Virus record (IMG/VR): IMGVR_UViG_2563366924_000005
Location: 1 to 40,849 of that record
DNA from: a virus
Taxonomy: Duplodnaviria; Heunggongvirae; Uroviricota; Caudoviricetes
Reading direction: 5' to 3' (one strand)
Length of the DNA stretch: 40,849 nucleotides
Shown here: piece after piece, positions 37,100 to 40,849 of the stretch
Layout: each line of letters begins with the position of its first letter
Position numbering within the stretch: position 1 is the stretch's first letter
The notes under the pieces: model-generated
What the model saw: only the letters and a program-made list of their open reading frames with translations
Databases searched by the model: none
Told to the model about the DNA's origin: nothing
Position numbers and translations under genes: made by a program

Positions 37100-37414
37100 A
37101 TGAAAAAGACTCCATGGGAGAAATGGGAAGTCGATTTCTTGCGCGAAGTATCGGCGACAATGCCAGTTGAAGTTATCGCTGAAAAACTGGAAAGGACTGA
37201 AAAAGCAGTAATGGCGAAAGCAACAAGGATTGGCGCTGACATTGTTAGCCGACTTCGTGGAAGACGCTGGACAAGAGCCGAAGTATCACTTTTCGGTAAG
37301 TTCTCCGCAGAAGAAATAGCAATTGCAACCTGCCGCTCAATTTATTCAGTAAGAGCTATGCGATACAAGCTAAAAAAACTCGATGAAGAAAGAGCAGGCA
37401 TACGAATAAATTAA
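37100..37414 (+). CDS. Hypothetical protein (104 aa)
   Basis: ORF in the early-left operon. Confidence 0.4.
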   Translation: MKKTPWEKWEVDFLREVSATMPVEVIAEKLERTEKAVMAKATRIGADIVSRLRGRRWTRAEVSLFGKFSAEEIAIATCRSIYSVRAMRYKLKKLDEERAGIRIN

Positions 37415-37430
37415 CATGGAGTAATTAACA

Positions 37431-37712
37431 ATGAAGCTGAACATCGACCTCGGAAAATACGTTATTACTGGAACAAAATACGACCTGATTCTTAATGAAA
37501 GAGGAATTATCAAAGAAGGCGAGAATGCAGGGAAAGAAAGACTAAGCCGTATCGGTTATTACAGCAAGTTTGAGCATCTGGTTAAAGAGTTATGCAACCG
37601 TGAAATTCTGTTATCTCAGGCGCAGACGCTACAGGATATTCAGCAACATATCGAGACTTTAGGTGTGTCACTTAGCATGGCTATTGACCAGCTCGTGGAG
37701 AGTAAATCATGA
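37431..37712 (+). CDS. Hypothetical protein (93 aa)
   Basis: ORF in the early-left operon. Confidence 0.4.
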   Translation: MKLNIDLGKYVITGTKYDLILNERGIIKEGENAGKERLSRIGYYSKFEHLVKELCNREILLSQAQTLQDIQQHIETLGVSLSMAIDQLVESKS

Positions 37713-37869
37713 GAGGACTTGCATACAATCCCGGCATTCTTCCGGCAGAAATTATTATTCGCCAACGCGTAAAGCCAATGCCATCGAGAGAGGAATTACT
37801 TAAGAGAAATTCTTTTCCATCAGTGAATCAAAACAAATATCTGAATGCGATGTGGCGGAGTGGGAAGAA

Positions 37870-38448
37870 ATGAAACAAATGTCACTAATTGAGATGGATG
37901 GTTTTCTGAAAGGTAAATGCATCCCACGAGATTTAAAGGTTAACGAAACAAACGCTGAATATCTTGTCCGTAAGTTCGGCGAACTTGAATCAAAACTGGA
38001 AACGGCGTTGCGGGAGTGTCGTTCTGCTGGAATCACGATTGATAACCTTGAGGCCAAGTGCGCGGCGCTGGCAGCGGAGAATGCGATGTTGAAGCAACGG
38101 ACACAGCAACTTATCAACATCATTAGTAATACTGACAATGACTACTGCATGTGTGGTTCTGCTATGAAAGACCACGTGCACGGCGGATGTGGTTATCCTA
38201 CTGGCATGTTCGATTATTACTACAACCAGTGGCTGGAGTCAGATAACAAAACCCCAGCCACCGACGCTTTCCTGGCTGAAGTGCGGGCGCAGTGCCTCAA
38301 CGCTTTCATCCAGCATCACAGTGCAGAACTGGATGCGCATATTAAAAACGGTGGTGAGCAGTTCGACGAAAAATCAGTACGCATCAGAGACATCATCGTC
38401 TCAGCCCGCTTGTTCAGGGAGCAAATTCGCAAAGGAGCCGCGCTATGA
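37870..38448 (+). CDS. Hypothetical protein (about 192 aa) with cysteine/histidine cluster
   Basis: ORF 37852-38448, start preferred at ATG 37870 (MKQMSLIEM); [20 protein letters not shown] motif. Confidence 0.4.
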   Translation: MKQMSLIEMDGFLKGKCIPRDLKVNETNAEYLVRKFGELESKLETALRECRSAGITIDNLEAKCAALAAENAMLKQRTQQLINIISNTDNDYCMCGSAMKDHVHGGCGYPTGMFDYYYNQWLESDNKTPATDAFLAEVRAQCLNAFIQHHSAELDAHIKNGGEQFDEKSVRIRDIIVSARLFREQIRKGAAL

Positions 38449-38717
38449 GCAAATCATACATCGTTATTCAGCAGTACTGGTGGTGCAACGAGAAAGGCCA
38501 TGGAGTTGAATACACGACAGACGGCGTTGACTTCGATAAGCGCGATAAGGCAATCAAGCATGGTCTGAAAACACAAGGTAGTGATGATTTCAACATCGGC
38601 GTTATCGAAGGCGGTAAGCTTGTTTCCTTCGACTGGATGAATGAGCCAGTGGGTGAAAGTGCAGAGACACTTGCTGAAATTGCAGAAGCCATCGGTTACG
38701 AAGGAACCGCCCAATGA
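38445..38717 (+). CDS. Hypothetical protein (90 aa)
   Basis: ORF, translationally coupled (ATGA overlaps at both ends). Confidence 0.4.
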   Translation: MSKSYIVIQQYWWCNEKGHGVEYTTDGVDFDKRDKAIKHGLKTQGSDDFNIGVIEGGKLVSFDWMNEPVGESAETLAEIAEAIGYEGTAQ

Positions 38718-39115
38718 GCAACATCGACAAACAGGCGTTAAATCAAGAAAAAATTGAATGGCTCAATAAATTAGCTGATATGGAGTATTGCAAAAGCAAT
38801 CCTGGGCATTGGCTGATGAGCTTGAAGGATACAAACATGCTTGCGAAATTGGCTCTGCGCTCAGTGGCGCTGCTGGCATCGCTGGAAGCCGCAGAGAAGC
38901 GAATCGCTGAACTGGAAGCGAATAAGTGTAAGCCAGTGATGTTTATTGATGGCGATATATCGCCTGCTGACGCTGACAAGTTGGCTGCTGTAATTCGCGA
39001 GTTCAACGAAGAAACAGAAACCCCTGCGGCTCGAATGGCGCGGATTATTCGCGAGAACCCGCATCCAACTAACATGTGCGATATGCCAGCCGCTGGCATC
39101 GGTAAGGGGGAGTGA
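38714..39115 (+). CDS. Hypothetical protein (133 aa)
   Basis: ORF, translationally coupled. Confidence 0.4.
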   Translation: MSNIDKQALNQEKIEWLNKLADMEYCKSNPGHWLMSLKDTNMLAKLALRSVALLASLEAAEKRIAELEANKCKPVMFIDGDISPADADKLAAVIREFNEETETPAARMARIIRENPHPTNMCDMPAAGIGKGE

Positions 39116-39546
39116 TGCTTCAACATCAAATGCAGCCAACATTTAACACCTGCATGGCTACCTGCGTTGCAATGGTTGCCGGTCAACCTGTCGATGAGGT
39201 AGTGGAACGCTGGCATCAGAAATTCCACGACAAAACAGACTGGCTCGACGACGCGCTGGATTATTACAAAATCCCGTATTTTTATGGAAGCCAGCGCAAG
39301 GCCGAATTGCTTTACGGGTTTATTTACTTCCTGACCGTTCCGTCACTGAACATCAAAGGCGTCCTGCATCAGATTCTGATGTCGTTAACGGCAGAACGCG
39401 GCATAGAAGTATTTGACCCGGCAATGGGTCGGCCAGGATCAAAATATTACGTTTGGGGTGAAGCGCAGAACGATGATCAATTCGGCGTTATCTCCTGGTG
39501 CGTCGATTTATCGGTTCCGGTAGTGCAACAGAAAGGTGAGGACTAA
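39112..39546 (+). CDS. Putative papain-fold cysteine peptidase, C39-like
   Basis: N-terminal QPTFNTCMATCVAMVAG resembles the C39 Q...C-G-A-C motif; a His (GVLHQIL) followed 16 residues later by Asp-Pro (EVFDP) matches the C39 His/Asp spacing. Confidence 0.45.
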   Translation: MMLQHQMQPTFNTCMATCVAMVAGQPVDEVVERWHQKFHDKTDWLDDALDYYKIPYFYGSQRKAELLYGFIYFLTVPSLNIKGVLHQILMSLTAERGIEVFDPAMGRPGSKYYVWGEAQNDDQFGVISWCVDLSVPVVQQKGED

Positions 39547-39549
39547 CCC

Positions 39550-40323
39550 ATGATCACTATTACCAAAGAACGTATTGAATTGTTCATTAAAAATCCGCTT
39601 GAAAACGGGCTTACCCGTGGTGAACAAATGGAACTGGCACGGATTGCGCTGGCATCGCTCGAAGCGGAGCCGGTGGCGTGGTTGCTGTCAGGAGGCGGGG
39701 CAAAAAACAACGTCAGCTTCGATAGTGGCAATGCTTATGCCGACCCGCTGCGAGAAGTAACGCCGCTTTACACCGCCCCGCCAGCGCCGGTATCTGTGCC
39801 CGCTGCGATGGAAATTGATGATGACTTTGACAGCGCGTTTGAACACGGAAAAGCTGTCGGCTGGAACGCCTATCGCGCCGCCATGCTTCAGGCCGAACCT
39901 GTAAGTAATAGTGATGAGTTACCGCTGGACTATCTGCAAGGACACAAAGACGGCCTGGAGTGGGCTGCACAATTGGCAGAAGCCAATCATCCGCAAACAG
40001 GTGACTGGTTATACGACGACCCAATCGATCTTGCCAGGGCGATTCGCAAAGGTCCGGATATGCCTACTGTTCAGGGTGGCAACTATCCGGTAACTCCGGA
40101 TGGTTGGATAAGCTGTAGTGAGCGAATGCCTGAAAAGGGCCAGAACGTGCTTATTTCGGTGAATTTCGATAGCTCTCTGGTTGAACCGCTAATATGCTCC
40201 GCACGCTATACCGGAAGCACCTTTCGGCGCGGAGATGCAACGATTAAGCCTGGTAATGATATTGAGCAGGCAACTCACTGGATGCCGCTACCGGAACCGC
40301 CGCAGGAGGTAAACCGTGGCTAA
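39550..40323 (+). CDS. DUF551-domain protein (Ea-type early protein)
   Basis: C-terminal ...QATHWMPLPEPPQE is the hallmark ending of DUF551; 257 aa. Confidence 0.55.
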   Translation: MITITKERIELFIKNPLENGLTRGEQMELARIALASLEAEPVAWLLSGGGAKNNVSFDSGNAYADPLREVTPLYTAPPAPVSVPAAMEIDDDFDSAFEHGKAVGWNAYRAAMLQAEPVSNSDELPLDYLQGHKDGLEWAAQLAEANHPQTGDWLYDDPIDLARAIRKGPDMPTVQGGNYPVTPDGWISCSERMPEKGQNVLISVNFDSSLVEPLICSARYTGSTFRRGDATIKPGNDIEQATHWMPLPEPPQEVNRG

Positions 40324-40423
40324 CCTGCAACTTGCCGTTAAAGGTGAATAACAATCCTCGCACTCGCGGGGATTTCTTTTATCTGAACTCGCTACGGCGA
40401 GTTTTGCTTTATGGAGATGATAA

Positions 40424-40591
40424 ATGCACTTTCGAGTCACAGGTGAATGGAATGGAGAGCCATTCAACAGGGTTATCGAAGCAGAGGACATCAACGACTG
40501 CTATAACCACTGGATGCTATGGGCGCAGATAGCACATGCAGACGTAACCAATATTCGAATTGAAGAACTGAAAGAACACCAAGCCGCCTGA
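40424..40591 (+). CDS. Small hypothetical protein (55 aa)
   Basis: GGAG ribosome-binding site then ATG 40424; stop codon embedded in the terminator hairpin; alternative ORF 40332-40532 in another frame starts with TTG and is less likely. Confidence 0.3.
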   Translation: MHFRVTGEWNGEPFNRVIEAEDINDCYNHWMLWAQIAHADVTNIRIEELKEHQAA

Positions 40592-40606
40592 TGGCGGTTT
40601 TTTATT
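40584..40606 (+). terminator. Rho-independent terminator upstream of torI
   Basis: Stem ccgcc/ggcgg, loop tgat, followed by tttttt, seen directly. Confidence 0.6.
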
Positions 40607-40613
40607 GCCTGAT

Positions 40614-40629
40614 TTGCAGGTTCGATTCC
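40614..40629. repeat. Second copy of the argW T-arm 16-mer (ttgcaggttcgattcc), 19 bp upstream of the torI start codon
   Basis: Exact match to 1054-1069; the flanking sequence is not tRNA-like (followed by ctattcggagatagcactc-ATG). Confidence 0.6.
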
Positions 40630-40648
40630 CTATTCGGAGATAGCACTC

Positions 40649-40849
40649 ATGCAACACGAACTACAGCCTGATTCACTGGTTGATTTGAAATTCATCATGG
40701 CTGATACTGGCTTTGGTAAAACCTTCATCTATGACCGGATTAAGTCCGGCGACCTGCCAAAAGCCAAAGTTATCCACGGGCGAGCAAGATGGTTATATCG
40801 TGACCATTGTGAATTCAAAAATAAGCTCTTAAGCCGCGCCAATGGGTAA
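40649..40849 (+). CDS. torI: TorI excisionase / recombination directionality factor
   Basis: 66 aa, MQHELQPDSLVDLKFIMADTGFGKTFIYDRIKSGDLPKAKVIHGRARWLYRDHCEFKNKLLSRANG, recognised as E. coli TorI; winged-helix excisionase; window ends at its stop codon. Confidence 0.9.
   Translation: MQHELQPDSLVDLKFIMADTGFGKTFIYDRIKSGDLPKAKVIHGRARWLYRDHCEFKNKLLSRANG

Larger units (their letters stand above)
1054..40849. mobile_element. P22-like lambdoid prophage integrated at argW (KplE1/CPS-53-type int/xis module); right boundary not resolved within the window
   Basis: Host yfdC and argW on the left; integrase, tailspike, immI, full P22-order virion block, lysis, Q, nin, replication, immunity, N, recombination and torI in order; left boundary inside the tRNA 3' half. 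Confidence 0.8.

Noticed and set aside
40332-40532. 66-aa plus-strand ORF with TTG start
   Set aside because: A different frame from the better-supported 55-aa ORF at 40424-40591, which has a GGAG site and ends in the terminator.
40614-40629. Treating the torI-proximal 16-mer as the definitive attR and ending the prophage there
   Set aside because: That would put the excisionase outside the element and leave argW without its 3' acceptor strand after excision. It is kept as a finding, and the prophage feature is left open-ended at the window edge.

Overview
This window is an E. coli-type argW integration locus carrying an apparently complete, roughly 40-kb P22-like lambdoid prophage. The host gene yfdC (1-933) and tRNA-Arg(CCU) argW (1009-1083) sit at the left edge. 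The prophage begins with an IntS-type integrase read away from the tRNA (1245-2423) and ends with the TorI excisionase (40649-40849), the arrangement known from the cryptic KplE1/CPS-53 element of E. coli K-12 (recalled, not searched). On the minus strand, from left to right, lie tailspike, the ant/arc immunity-I genes, a complete P22-order virion block (gp16, gp20, gp7, gp14, gp26, gp10, gp4, coat, scaffold, portal, TerL, TerS), an accessory cluster, the lysis cassette, a tRNA-Asn-like gene, Q, a nin region, replication genes and lambda-type cII/nutR/cro. On the plus strand lie mnt with small lysogen-expressed genes, cI, pL/nutL/N and an early-left operon with RecT and many small unknown ORFs ending in torI. 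The most interesting content is accessory cargo at known moron positions: a DUF2829 (Tad2-type) protein and an HslV-like Ntn-hydrolase pair between lysis and terminase; a small-gene island at the sieA position; three HNH-nuclease genes; a C39-like peptidase; and a second copy of the argW 16-mer just upstream of torI. All family assignments are from reading the translations against memory; no database search was run. The right-hand attR is probably beyond the window end.
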